Origin: the human T2T-CHM13v2.0 reference genome, Homo sapiens
DNA length: 64,000 nucleotides
Assembly (NCBI RefSeq): GCF_009914755.1
Contig: NC_060934.1
Direction: 5' to 3' (one strand)
Part shown: positions 12,485-25,692 of the stretch, in pieces
How positions within the stretch are numbered: the first letter of the stretch is position 1
Layout of the letters: each line of letters begins with the position of its first letter
Position numbers and translations under genes: made by a program
Notes under the pieces: generated by a model
Database searches by the model: none
Told to the model about the DNA's origin: nothing
The model's input: only the letters and a program-made list of their open reading frames with translations

Positions 12485-13332
12485 CTATCACAGCTAAGAG
12501 GAACATAAGGAAACATAACAGCTAAATATAATGTCATATTGTGGATATAATTCAGGAAGATAAAAAGGACATTATGTAAACAGAAAAATCTGAATACATT
12601 TAGTTAATAATTCAGCTAATTATATATCAATATTCAATATCAATAATTCAGCTAATAATTATATATCAATATTGTTTCAAAAATTTTGACAAAGGTATCA
12701 TACCTTTGTCAAGGGATGTATGATGTCGGTAGTATGGGAAATCAGGTGTGGAGTATATGGGAGGCCTATACTGTCTTTGCAACTTTCTGTACATGTAAAC
12801 TTATTCTAAAATTAAAAGTTTATTTTTAAAAAAGGAAATACAAGTAGCTGTTACACATATTAAATAATACATAATATCACCTAATAAGTGAAATGCAAGT
12901 TAAAACTATAGAGATGCTGTTTTTACTTGAGTGATTTTCAAAGGATTTTTAAAAAACAAGTTTTGTAGCTCGATATTTTCTATAAGGTATGGAGTAAAGA
13001 AACTCTCAAGCTTTGCTGATGACAATGTATCGTTATCCACTAAAATATAAAATGTATAACTAACACTGTGATTTCTACTCGTAAAAATGTATCTTGTAGG
13101 TGTATTTGTGTGTGAACAATGTGTATAAGGATATCCACTGCTAAAGACTGAAAACCACCTAACGCCCATCACTGAGGATGTTCAGGTTTTGGACAGGTTA
13201 AATAAACTACTGGGAACCCATAGAGTAGAATACTATGTGGCCTTTAAACAGAATGAGATATTTAATGTATGCCTATTTAAAAAAACAGAACACCACAGGA
13301 TGCAGATAAATGTTACTTACATATATATGTAC

Positions 13333-13365
<33 letters not shown>

Positions 13366-13589
13366 TGTGTACAGACAGATGTATTTATACATGTATAAGC
13401 TATCTCTAAAATAATTTGGAAGAAAAGTAGATATGCTTCCAAGTGAGCAGAAAAATCTCTAGACAGATATACAAGAAACTATTAATAGTGGTAACCCCCT
13501 AAGAGACTTGACAGATGGTTGGAGATTAGGAGTAGGAAAGAGATGTAATTTTCACAATCATCTGTGCTTTTCAAATTATTACTATGTGC

Positions 13590-13914
<325 letters not shown>

Positions 13915-16555
13915 TCAAACAGCATTAATATTTAAAATTCTTTTTGGTAAGACTGGATAGGAATAATTTCTGCAGTGTATGTATTTGTTTTTATTTAATA
14001 GCATCTTGTAATATGTATTTGTCAAACAAAATTAACAATATTTAAAAGAGTATGCAGTATAAAGCTTTCTTCATAACTATTTTATTTCCAAATTTTTTAG
14101 AGCTTGAGGCAGTATAAATTGCTGATAAAATTGCCTATTTTGTTAAGAAAAATTATTTAAATTGTGTATTAAAGGGCTTATGAGTACCATTCTAAAACAA
14201 GGGACCCACAACACTAGTTTATTACATTCAAGATTCCTCTGGATAAAACTGAATTAATATCAAATTGCTGAATGTTGCAGTGAAAGAAGGACAGAAAAAA
14301 GATTTTCATGATTCTTGGTTGAAATGTAACAGTCCCACTAGGAATAGTAAGTATCCCCATTTAATTAACCAATACATATTTTTATGTTATTGGCAACTAT
14401 TTAATTAACAATGTTATAATTACAAACTAAAAACAGATTCCCCAGACTAAGGAGAAACAGGAAAATCTAAGTGGTTTGTAGGTGTTATCATAAGTCTTAC
14501 AGATTTGGCAGCAAGAAGCACTGGGACTTCAAGAGTAGACCAATGCGGAAAAGGAGGTGGGTTAGAAATGGGTAAGGCCAAGACTGGTGGAGCTCCTCTT
14601 GCAGGATGGCCAGACATTTTTAAATTAGGTTGTCCAAAGGGCTTAGTGACTTTGGGCTTTAAGCTGAGCAGGAGTCAAATTTTGGAAATAGAGCTCTTTT
14701 GGACCAAAGCGATACTTAAATTCACTTAAGTCACAATGTCCTGATTGGAGGCACCCTGTCTTTGAGTAAGGCTCCAAAAAGCAGGAGGAAGCCTTATAGC
14801 AGGAAGGTGGTGTGAGAACACCCAGTAACACCTCCCTGAAGCCACAGTGGGGAGTCATTCTGGGCTGACCTTATAGCAGGCCTTGTAACAGGGTAGTGGG
14901 ATGAGAAGACTCAGTAATACCTTCATGAAGCTACAGTGGAGAATCATTCTGAATATCTGAGATTCCTTGTGGAAGGCAGGTAGAAGGCAGCTGCCCAGGT
15001 AAGGCATAAGGCCAGAGGCTAGTTTAGGCAAGAAGGAATAAACTAGCCTCTGGCCTTATACCTTAACTTCCAGACCATGAGATTCCTCTAAAAAGACAGT
15101 TGTGTTTAACGACACAGAGCTGCTGGCTGCCCTTGTAGATACACCGTTGGACAGAAGGAAAGGCTGGCCTGATAGGACAGTCACAAATTTCCTCTATCTT
15201 ATATTTGGTCAAGAATGTGTACAATGAAGGCTTTCAGGACCAGATGCTGAAGGTGCTCACGAAGGCCGTGGCAGAGGAAAAAAAAAAAAAATAACATGAG
15301 TTCTGGTTCTGGAAAAGTATCCCTATCGAGAAAGCTGTACCTTTTTAATATGGTCTCAGTGGCATCTTTCTTTCAGTGTCTTTCCTATGCAATAAATATC
15401 TTGCCTTTTTCATATGTAAATGGCACAACCCTCGGGTCAAGGACAAAAGTGTGCATTTCTTTTTTCCTCCAGAGTTGCTGGGTTGTTTTGTCCAATGGTA
15501 CCTTCTACAGCATTTCTCCAAGCAGCTTGGCACCGTTAGTACCAAGCTCTCATCTGTGTGCTTAAAAAAAAGGTGGGGGGGGCCTATGTGATTTAGGTTT
15601 TTTGTTAAAAAAAAAAAAAATCTTAGTTTCATAGACTAAACTGCAGCTGTGTTTCTCAACAGTTTGTGTGCAGCAGGTGGCTAGCACAGAACTGATAAAA
15701 TGTTAGAATGCATCGCAGACGCTGCCTCAGAGAATTGCCTGGAGTGTTTCTCTAAAATGTCCTTAGCTGTTTCCTGCTTACAGGGCCTGCTCTGGAATTT
15801 CCGTGCGGGAGGTGCTGAGGGTCAGTAACCTGGTTAGAAGGTGAGGGAAGGGGAAGGATGATCTGCTACATGATATTTAAGCTGAATTTGCATAGCATCC
15901 ACATTTTTGTTGCTAAGATTGTTTCATTTTAGTAAAAATAGCAACATTTTCTAATGTTTCAAATTTCAAACTGTATACAAGATTAGTACTTAGAATTAAT
16001 TATTATGATTTGATTTGGGGAGACATGGGAAAGTGATATGGATATGCGGACCCAAAGCCCATCTAAGTACCTCTAGGTACCACCACTCCTACACAGTTAA
16101 GACCTTCTGACACTTGGACCCAGGCATGTCATTTTTTCAACACCTCCCTCAAGGTGATTCTCTTGTTTAATGTGCACTCCTACAGAAACAAAATGCACTT
16201 TAAGAAACAGACTGCCTTTATATAACATCTGGTCAGTGAGAACTATGTAGTAAAAACTGTAGTTATAAAAATCATTCTATTTGCACCATCAAGAAAGCAA
16301 TTAGAGGTTTTAGGCATAAATTCCTACAGCTGCCTATAAATGGTAAAAGGAAAAACTAAGCCACTACTCATCCCTCAATAGAATCTAATTACTTTCTTGT
16401 AATGGTTTGCTTGACAAATTCAGATTTAGACTGCAAAGCAGGATATTGTTCTTACAAGGCTCAATGTCACCTCTGTTTTATTTCTGTCATCCTGAGTTTT
16501 TCATTGGGGACACATACTTGTTATTTTCACTGGTTTGTGGTCTGATGGTATTTAA

Positions 16556-16886
<331 letters not shown>

Positions 16887-19019
16887 TTGTTATGCTGTAT
16901 TTTTAGGAAATAAGGGCATTTTGCATGTTCTTTTTGACATTTTCCTAAATGCAAAGCATGGGTTTACGGGCGCCTCTCAGCTTCTTCCAAATGCAGAATT
17001 TGGGACGGCCTCTTCAAATTCACATTATTGTTGCCATTTGGATAATATCTAAACATGGTACATAGAAGAGAAGGTTTTCTTTTTCCTCCCCTTCGAGAAC
17101 AGGATTCAAAGAGACAGCATCTGTCACAATCACCTCATTAAAATCACCCATTCTTGAAGTGAACATTTGTAGCAGCTCCTTGAAAAATCAAGCCTGTAGC
17201 ACGCCTAAGCAGTTAACTTCAAAAAAGCAATGTAATTGCCAATCTGAATAACTGTTGTGCCACTTATACATGGCTTGTATTAAAAGCAATGTCTCTCCAA
17301 AGATTAAAGCCTACCATATAGAGCCTGTTGGATCCTAAATTTAAGGCAAAAGAACATAGAAGATATTTCTTCCAAATTTTAAAGGATAAAGAATACCTTC
17401 ATAATTAGTAAGGAATTCCTGTGAGCCCCTAATTCTGAAGACGCAGCAAAAATAAAAAACAATGTCAAAAAGATCATTTCAAAGGGTTTGAATTTTATGA
17501 CATACAAATCTATTTCAGGTTGTTAGTTCAAATGCATGGCCTGTCTTTCCTACAGGAGTCAAAACTGCTTTGCTTTGTAGCAAGGCTAGGCAGGTCTACA
17601 CAGGCCCCAGAATTGTATCTGAGAACCACATATTAAATTTGCAGATACCACCCTCACCTCCATACTCTGGCTTGCAGAGGAGGTGTTCATGTGAGCTGTT
17701 TAGCTCAAAGATATTGAGGATCTACCTGTAACTCAGAGAATATTTAAGATAATTTATTACTACTAAAAATGGTTGGCTTGCTGAGTAATTAAAAAAATTT
17801 GCCAAGTTGTCCATTTCCATGTAGCAAAGCACAATTCATCATTCTTATTCCATTTGCCTTCCACGGAGAGTAACTTCCAGCCAATAAATACTGATGTTGC
17901 CCAGGGAGATATTTCTTGAGCTACATATGTAAAACCCTGAGTGGTTACAGATCCAATAGGAGCTTCTAACCATATGGAATTTTTCTTCCTCCAATAGATG
18001 CAGTTTAAATAGTTAAGCCTTGACTTGCTGGCAGTTGGATATACTATCTCTGATGAAGAGCCACTTGCTAGCAATGAAAAAGCAATTTCTTAACCTAATG
18101 AAGTAGTTAATTTAAAACCAAGGCCGATATATTTGCAGTTTGTTTTAAAAGAAAAATAAATAGGCTACATTTAGTAGTAGCATTTCTGTTACGGGACTGT
18201 GGTTTTCATGGCCCATTTGTATTTCATCCGAATTTTTTTATTAATAATTTCCCTACCACTTCCAACATATTCATGAACCTCCCCAGTGTTTTAATCAAGG
18301 GCACAAAGGACACATTGGTATGACATTTGGTCACACTGCCATCTTCATGCCTTAACTTGAACGCTAATGAAGTGCATTTTAGCCCATGTAGAATGAAAGA
18401 AACGGAAGGGATAAGTTCCTCTGGAACAGGCTCTATAATCATTATTCTTTTTTTTTCCTAAAATCAAAATGATCTAAACAGCCATGGGTCAAAGAGTGAA
18501 CATTCAAATACTTCAGAGCACTAGAGACCTAAGCAGCCTGGAGTTGTTTCAAATCTACTTTAACTCTGCTTCTGACAAGTGGTCCCTAATGTGTAGAGTA
18601 ACGATATCTCCTAATGCTGCAATTTCTGTGCCAATGCTTATTTTACATAGCTACAATGAAGGAGCTAAATGTTTCCAGTATGTATTAAATATTTTAGTGA
18701 AGATCCCCAAGGCAAATGAGAATTTGTAGCCTTGCAATTAAGAGGAAAGCAGAATTACTAGTGAATAAGGTATTTTTCTTGGTTGAGAAGAATTACTGGA
18801 GTTCAGCATTTTAGTGAACAGCTGTTACTCTGGGATAACTATGATTTCATAACAGTTGTAAAGCCTATTGTTAGTACTAGAGTCTGCTGTTTACATGGGA
18901 CACTGCTGGGTACTGTTGAGGAAACCAAAAGGCATGATCTTTGTACCCAAGAAAGGTAGAGATAGATTGTAAACACCACCCATAGGAAACTATTCATAAT
19001 TTCCACCTCATAGGTAGGC

Positions 19020-19250
19020 AACAGAGTCTGTTGGTTAAAGGGCAATCTATGAAATAATATGGCCTTGGTTCACATCTTGTCTCTGCTATTTACAGCTTTG
19101 TGTCTTCTTTTCCTTAGCTGTCTTATCTGAAAATTGGGTATATCAATCACACCTATCTTAAAAAATATTATGAGGATTAATATTATACTTTAAGTGCCTA
19201 GAGCAGTCCTTAGCAAATGCTAAACACTCAATGAAAATTTGCTACTTTTA
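19020..19250 (+). mobile_element. MIR SINE
   Basis: GGTTAAAGGGC..TCTTATCTGAAAATTGGG..ATGAGGATTAA..AAGTGCCTAGAGCAGT..CACTCAATGAAA. Confidence 0.75.
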
Positions 19251-19562
19251 TATTTGCTAAGGAATGCTCTATGATTTAGGAGTATTAATACTGCATATCA
19301 TTTTTCCTCCAAATTTTGCATTTGACCTTGTCTGGAGCACATCGCTTTTGGAATACTCAGGCATAAGCTGGGCTCACAACTCATTGTGAAACTCATTCCA
19401 GCATCTGTCTTCTTTCAGCAGTGGATGATTGAATCTGTGCTTTGTCAGAACCATAACAAATACATGTCATGGATCTTCAGAACTACTTAGAGTCAAAATA
19501 AGGAACATTAACATAAGTAAAATTTAAAGGTCTGCTGTTAAATTAAAAAAAAACCTGTATAT

Positions 19563-19564
<2 letters not shown>

Positions 19565-19600
<36 letters not shown>
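19565..19600. repeat. (GT)18 microsatellite
   Basis: Read directly. Confidence 0.98.
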
Positions 19601-19602
<2 letters not shown>

Positions 19603-19609
19603 AAATACA

Positions 19610-20000
19610 ATGTAGAGATGTTAGCAAAGGCTTTGCAAGCTCAAACATAAAATCAATTTCCAATGTATGAGTCATGAATGTATTTACGGAAGAAGTAACA
19701 TTTGGCTTGAATCTTGAAGCAAGAGTGGGCTTGTGGTAGGCTGAGAAGCTGGGGAAGGGAATTGCAGGCAGCAGAAGTAGAAGTACAGGTAAACTGCACA
19801 CGTGTGTTTGGAGACTGTTGAGTAGTTCAGTGACTTGTCCCTAAGATTCATGGTGAGAGTTACTAAGAGAGAAGGCCAGGAAGACAGATGAGGAACATTA
19901 TGTACAAGTCCTTGATATTAAGAGAAGGTTAAACTAACTTTATTTACTAACCAGTAAGCTGGGGTCATTGAAAGTTTTATGGAGAAAATTACTATGGTTT
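19610..20000 (-). mobile_element. L2 LINE fragment
   Basis: Purine-rich L2-like GAAGTAACATTTGGCTTGAATCTTGAAG..GAAGGGAATTGCAGGCAG. Confidence 0.5.
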
Positions 20001-21589
20001 TCTTTTGTCTGTATCATGGAAGGTAGATGGAAAACAGGGTCCTGGCCATAATTTTCCTAGTTTGATTAAAAAACAGTGGTGCATAAATTGGTCCAAGGTG
20101 AAAGACTACAAAGGAAGCATTTGTGAGAGAATAGTGCATTGACAAAACTTTTACTATGTGCTAGTTCACTGCAGGTAAAAGAGAGCCCAAGAGAGAATAA
20201 TAATTAACTGATATAAGAAACACAGAACAAATAAAATTCATACATTTTGTGATGGTCCCATCTTTTTTATTTTAACACAGACTCCATCTTGACTTTGTAA
20301 GGATGACATGACCGTTAGGTTCAAGTCCTTTTTTTCAGATTAGAGGGAAGGCTCATCGTTGCCTTGACTTGGGCACCCTGGTAAACCATGGCCTTGGTTA
20401 GTTATCATTGCCAGTGGCACCGCTGAGTGTCAAGGAAGCTGGCTCACCACAAATGAAGCTGAATCTTCCCAGTTGGTAAACCAGCTGTCCTAAGTGCTGG
20501 GTGCACAGAGCCCACAGATGTTCATGGTGGTTCAGCAGTGGTTCATATGTCTATCTTATGCCATGGAAGATGACAGGAGAATGAAATATAAAACAGAAAA
20601 ATGCCCATGTGTATTTTCAGATACCAGGTTATTTTTTCAAGTTCAAGTACAATTCCCACCAAAATCAAGTAACAGCAACTCTTTCTCACAGAATATAAAG
20701 CAACACCCTTATGTTCACCAGCAACATCTGAAATGGTAATAGAGGATTAGGAAGCCACAAAATCCAAGCAAGAGGTGGCCCTGGTGGTGAGAACAGTCAA
20801 TGAATGAGATGGAGGGGAAGATATGCAGGGAGATGAGTTGTGGAGTTTTTTTACCCCATGCCCTGGAAACAATATTGTCCATATATTTAAACTTATTTTT
20901 CCAACTATATGCATTCTTCTCACTAGCTCACCTTCCTTCATATTGTGCCACATAAATATAATATTTAAGGTACATTTAATGCCTCCAGTAGAGTGATTCC
21001 TTAGCAAGGTAGAAAAAAATTACAGAAAAGTCCTGAAATTCTGAAGTTGGATATTTTCTCTGTGCATAATACTTGTGAATATTCCATTAATGTTGTACAC
21101 GACTTGCACAATATTTTTGACAGAAACTGACATTACTTAGTTAGCTTATTAACAGCTCCAGAAAATAATTACCCCACAAAATATATCTTAAAAGGTAAAG
21201 ATTTATCAGATGTTAATATTAATTTAAAAAGCATACTTTTAAACAATATCATTAGTATCATGAATGCGCTATCCCATTGGCACAATTCTTATATTAAGGT
21301 ATTTTCCTTAGAAAATGCAATCAAGTGTCTAATGAATACAATTTCAGCCACAGTATTCTGACGTAATAGGTAACAAATCATTTTGCTATCTATGTTGCAC
21401 ACAGGATGAATGTAGCTTTGTGAATTTAATTACTGCCAGCCCCCCCACACCCCGGTTTTAAAACATCAATATGTGATATGTTCAGCCTAGAACTCTATAG
21501 GAATTCAGTTGTATCTGTCCACCAGCATGTTTGGGCATCTCTGTGCTGAGGCCCTACATGGGCAGTAGGTTCAACGGGCCTTGAAGGCC

Positions 21590-22390
21590 ACACTGAATTT
21601 AATATCACACTCCCCACTTCTCACCACCAGCATACCTTTCCCCCTGTGAACTGTATTTTTATCCACCCCTTTGTCCAAACCTTAAATCTTGCTGTCATGC
21701 TTGACTCTTCTTCTCCCTGGCTCTCATCGTATCCAACAATGACCAAGTCTTGAACAGTTATACATCTAAATCTTCCTCTAATGCAAAATGTTTTCTACAT
21801 ACTTTCGGTCTTCACCTTCCCCTCTCCACTACATAGCTCATATAGTTTTCTGACTCATTGTTATTCTCCTAATCTTGCCTTTACAAACTTTTCTTCACAT
21901 AAGAGAGTAAGAACCTTTTTAAGATGAGGCATGACCTTTCTGTTCAGTAGGAATTTCATGAAATGAAGGCTGTTCATTTCCCCTTCTCCCGCACTGAGTT
22001 TCAGACATTTTTAAGTACTTCCAGGTTCCAATAACTCTCTTCTTAGCTCAGCCCTTTTTAAATGCTTGAAGTTTTAAAATCTTTAAGTCTGCGAGGGCTC
22101 CTCCTCAGATTCCTTACCTGGATTATCCCTGCAGGTCCTAGGGCCTCAGCTTGATGCACTTCTGCACAGAAACCACCCCCGGCCCCCAAGACTGAGTTCC
22201 ATATTACCGGACTACTCTCTCTAGTACCTGCTCTTCACACCTGTTGTAAAACATCTGTTCCCCTGTGCTGCAATTCCCTTCATTTACCTCCACACCCTTT
22301 GATGGCGTCATTGTCAGCCAAGCACCTAGGCAAATGCCTATCATAGTAAAGACAGTTAATACATATTCACTGGATAAATACATGAGTGAA
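21590..22390 (+). mobile_element. L2 LINE fragment
   Basis: Pyrimidine-rich L2-like GTCATGCTTGACTCTTC..ATCCAACAATGACCAAGTCTTG, with an L2-like 3' end near 22320-22390. Confidence 0.5.
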
Positions 22391-22989
22391 TTTTATACAT
22401 CTAATCCCAACCTTAGACAAATATTTACTAAGCGAAACTTCATTTTACTACCTATTATATCCTAGGGAACTGAACATATGGACAATTTAACAAATGCTTT
22501 CTGTGGAGAAAAGAAGGAAAGGATCACAGTCCTTTCACATTGCAGTTCTGTAATGTATTTATGAAATACCGCATAAGTAATTGAGGGGCAGGGCTTTTAG
22601 CTTTAAATTAAAGCTTAAACTGATCATATGATTTTTAAAACTTAAAATATATTTACTTTAAGCCTTATCCGGTGATCCATTTTTCAAAGTCTGTAGCACT
22701 GATGGAACAGTTAACGTGAGGAAATGTATGCTATTGACTTTTCAAACTAAGATTCCACTTTGCTTGAATAAATATTTTTATAAACTCTATACTGTTAGCA
22801 TTGCTTGACCTATAGTAAGTGCTCAGTTAATATTGGTTGAATGGCCATGACTAGAAAGGTTTTCAAAATTTAAAAAGATGTTAAAAATGCTTACAAGGTG
22901 TTTAAATTTTGGAAATATATTTTGGACAAATCTCACAGAAGTTGATTGTTGACAAGGAAGTTGGGAAGTGAATTAAACTATTTATGATC

Positions 22990-23471
22990 TGTAGAAGGTT
23001 GAATAATTGCCACACAAAGATATTGGGTCCCAATTCCTTAGAACCTGTAAATGTTACCTCATAAAGAAAAAAAGTCATTGGAGACAGGATCAAATTAAAT
23101 ATCTTGAGGGGAGATTGTGCTGGATTGTCAAGGTCAGCCCTAAATGCAGTCACAAGTACTTTATAAGAGGAAGGGAAAGGGAGATTTTACAAGCAGAACA
23201 AGAGGAAGCAATGCAACCACGGGGAAAGAGATCAGAGTGATGTGGCCACAAGTCAAGGGATGCCAGCCCCCAACAGAAGGCAGAAGAGATAAAGAACACA
23301 TTCTCTCCTAGAACTTCCAGAGAGAGTCCATCCTTGTTGGCACCTTGATTTCAACCCAGTGATACAGATCTTGGACTTCTGGTCTCCAGAACAGTGAAAG
23401 AATAAATGCATGTTGTTTTAAGCCACCATGTTTGTAGAAATTTGTTACAGCAGCTACGGGAAACTAATATA
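22990..23471 (+). mobile_element. MLT1 (MLT1C/D-like) MaLR solo LTR
   Basis: GAACCTGTAAATGTTACCT..GGACTTCTGGTCTCCAGAAC..AATAAA..TTTAAGCCACC..TTTGTTACAGCAGC..AAACTAATATA. Confidence 0.85.
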
Positions 23472-24060
23472 ATGTCCATGTTATCATTTCTTCTGTCCTT
23501 ATAATTGATTAATCTGAGTTTATAACTATATTATTGATACAAGTCTAGGGAAAAAATGAGTAGATGTTTGGATTCCATCATCCCTTTATGGAATGACTTC
23601 GTGTATAAAATAAATCACCATAATATTTATTTTTGTTTTCTTTCTCTCTCCCCATTCTTCATATTAGACCATAATAATTTAGGAGAATGTATGAGAAATA
23701 TTAGGAGAATATTAATCCTAATATAGGATGTTAGGATTATCAATATCTATCAATATCTATATTAATATTTTGACTATATAGCTCTTGTTTCTAATGGGCC
23801 AGCCATTGGCAAATTTGGATTCCACCCTTGCTGAGCTCCATAGGAACTTTGGTTTCCACAGCCATGATGCTTGTAGTCATGATAGCAGCAGTCTTTGGTG
23901 GCCACTCACTTATGCTCTACCAAGTTCAGGAGAGTTTATTGTTCAGTTAAGGAAATAAAGAACAATGTTTTTTTTTCCAGAAAAAGTTAGTTTATACGTA
24001 AGTTACCACAAAAACTGCATGAGAGAAAATAGCTAAAAACAAAAACCAGTTTATCTTGTA

Positions 24061-24356
<296 letters not shown>

Positions 24357-25364
24357 AACTATCTTTTAAATTCAAGTGAAATTATTTGTAAATAGCAGCT
24401 TACTCTTCTTACTTCCCACATTAATTGGAAACAGTACAAATGGCTTTAACAAAAATTTAAAATACATGGATAAAACTTAGGAATAGAGGAAATAATTTAC
24501 AAAATATTTTGCCATGTATTAAATCTTTTGTAGATAAAGCCTTCATCTGTAGATGAAGTCACCACTTGGATTTTTAGCTGAAGTAAAGGAACATCCTACC
24601 ATGTACATTGTTTGAAAGTAATTTGGGTATGGCTTAAAATATCTGAGAACGTCATCATCAGCATTAGATTGTTTCAATTGCTTTATAGTTTTCAGAATTA
24701 TTGCTTTAACTCTGGCATATCCTGAGACACAGACAGTAGGCAACTCGCCTAAGGTCACACAGAGAGTTTTCACTAATACACAACCTCATATGGGTTTGAT
24801 TTTCTGTCCAGGCTTAGACAAGAGATTCTATAGCATTTCTCTCTGGAATTGTGCTCTCGAAGTGATTCATAAAAGACAATTTATGACTGGAAGTGATAGA
24901 GGACTTGAGCTGCCTTACAACTGAGTTTGTTTTTCATTATTTTTTTTTTCTGATCTCATCAAAGTCTGGTAGCATGCATTTCATAGAAAGTTATAGAGGC
25001 TGTTATGTCATTTTATGTGCATCCTAACCTAGAATAGTTCATGGTATAAGGTTTATTTAAAAGGTCAATATGATCTTGGACCTTTTCTTTCTTTTCCTTT
25101 CCTTCTCTTTTCTAAGAAAGGGGTATTGTTGCTGTCGCTACTGACATCATTTAGAGTCATCAAATATTGAGATCATTCATGTGGAAGACTTTTTCCTCTG
25201 GGACTCATGTCATGCTAACGAACTGCAAGAATTTTATTTTATAAGACAATGTAAAAACACTGCTGCTAATTTATTTCTTCATTGATTCAAGAAACATTTG
25301 CTGAGTATTGATTTCAAGTGATAGCTGGATCCTGTAATTATAAAAGAAGGCTCAAGCCTTCTAG

Positions 25365-25692
25365 AACTGCACAATTAGAAAAGTCTAATAGAAATGTAAT
25401 GTGGTCCACAAATGTGACCGCACATGTAATTTTAAAAATATCTGATAGTTGCATAAAATGTAAAAAGAAACAGGCACAATTAATTTTAGAATATATTTTA
25501 TTTAAATATTTCCAAAATATAATTTTGACATAAAATCAATATTTTAAATTATTAACGGTATAAGTTTTTTGTTTCTTTTCTTGTGAAATCAGTGCGTATT
25601 TTATGCTAAAAGCATGTCAGTTTAAACTAGTTACATTTCATGTGCTCAAAAGTCACATGGTAGCTAATCCTACAGTATTAGACAGTACAGGT
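25365..25692. mobile_element. MER33-like hAT-Charlie DNA transposon
   Basis: TCTAATAGAAATGTAATGTG..CACATGTAATTTTAAA..TTACATTTCATGTGCTCAAAAGTCACATGG..GTATTAGACAG. Confidence 0.7.

Noticed and set aside
15240-15292. Short reading frame MLKVLTKAVAEE followed by an A-run, as a processed pseudogene end
   Set aside because: No poly(A) signal, no TSD and no recognisable parent gene
24541-24558. Short palindrome CTTCATCT-GT-AGATGAAG (similar ones at 46241 and about 56013)
   Set aside because: Arms of 6-8 bp are expected by chance in 64 kb, and there is no supporting context
24543-24773. 76-aa minus-strand ORF with plausible composition
   Set aside because: It starts in a MIR-like fragment, has no recognisable domain and no convincing splice sites
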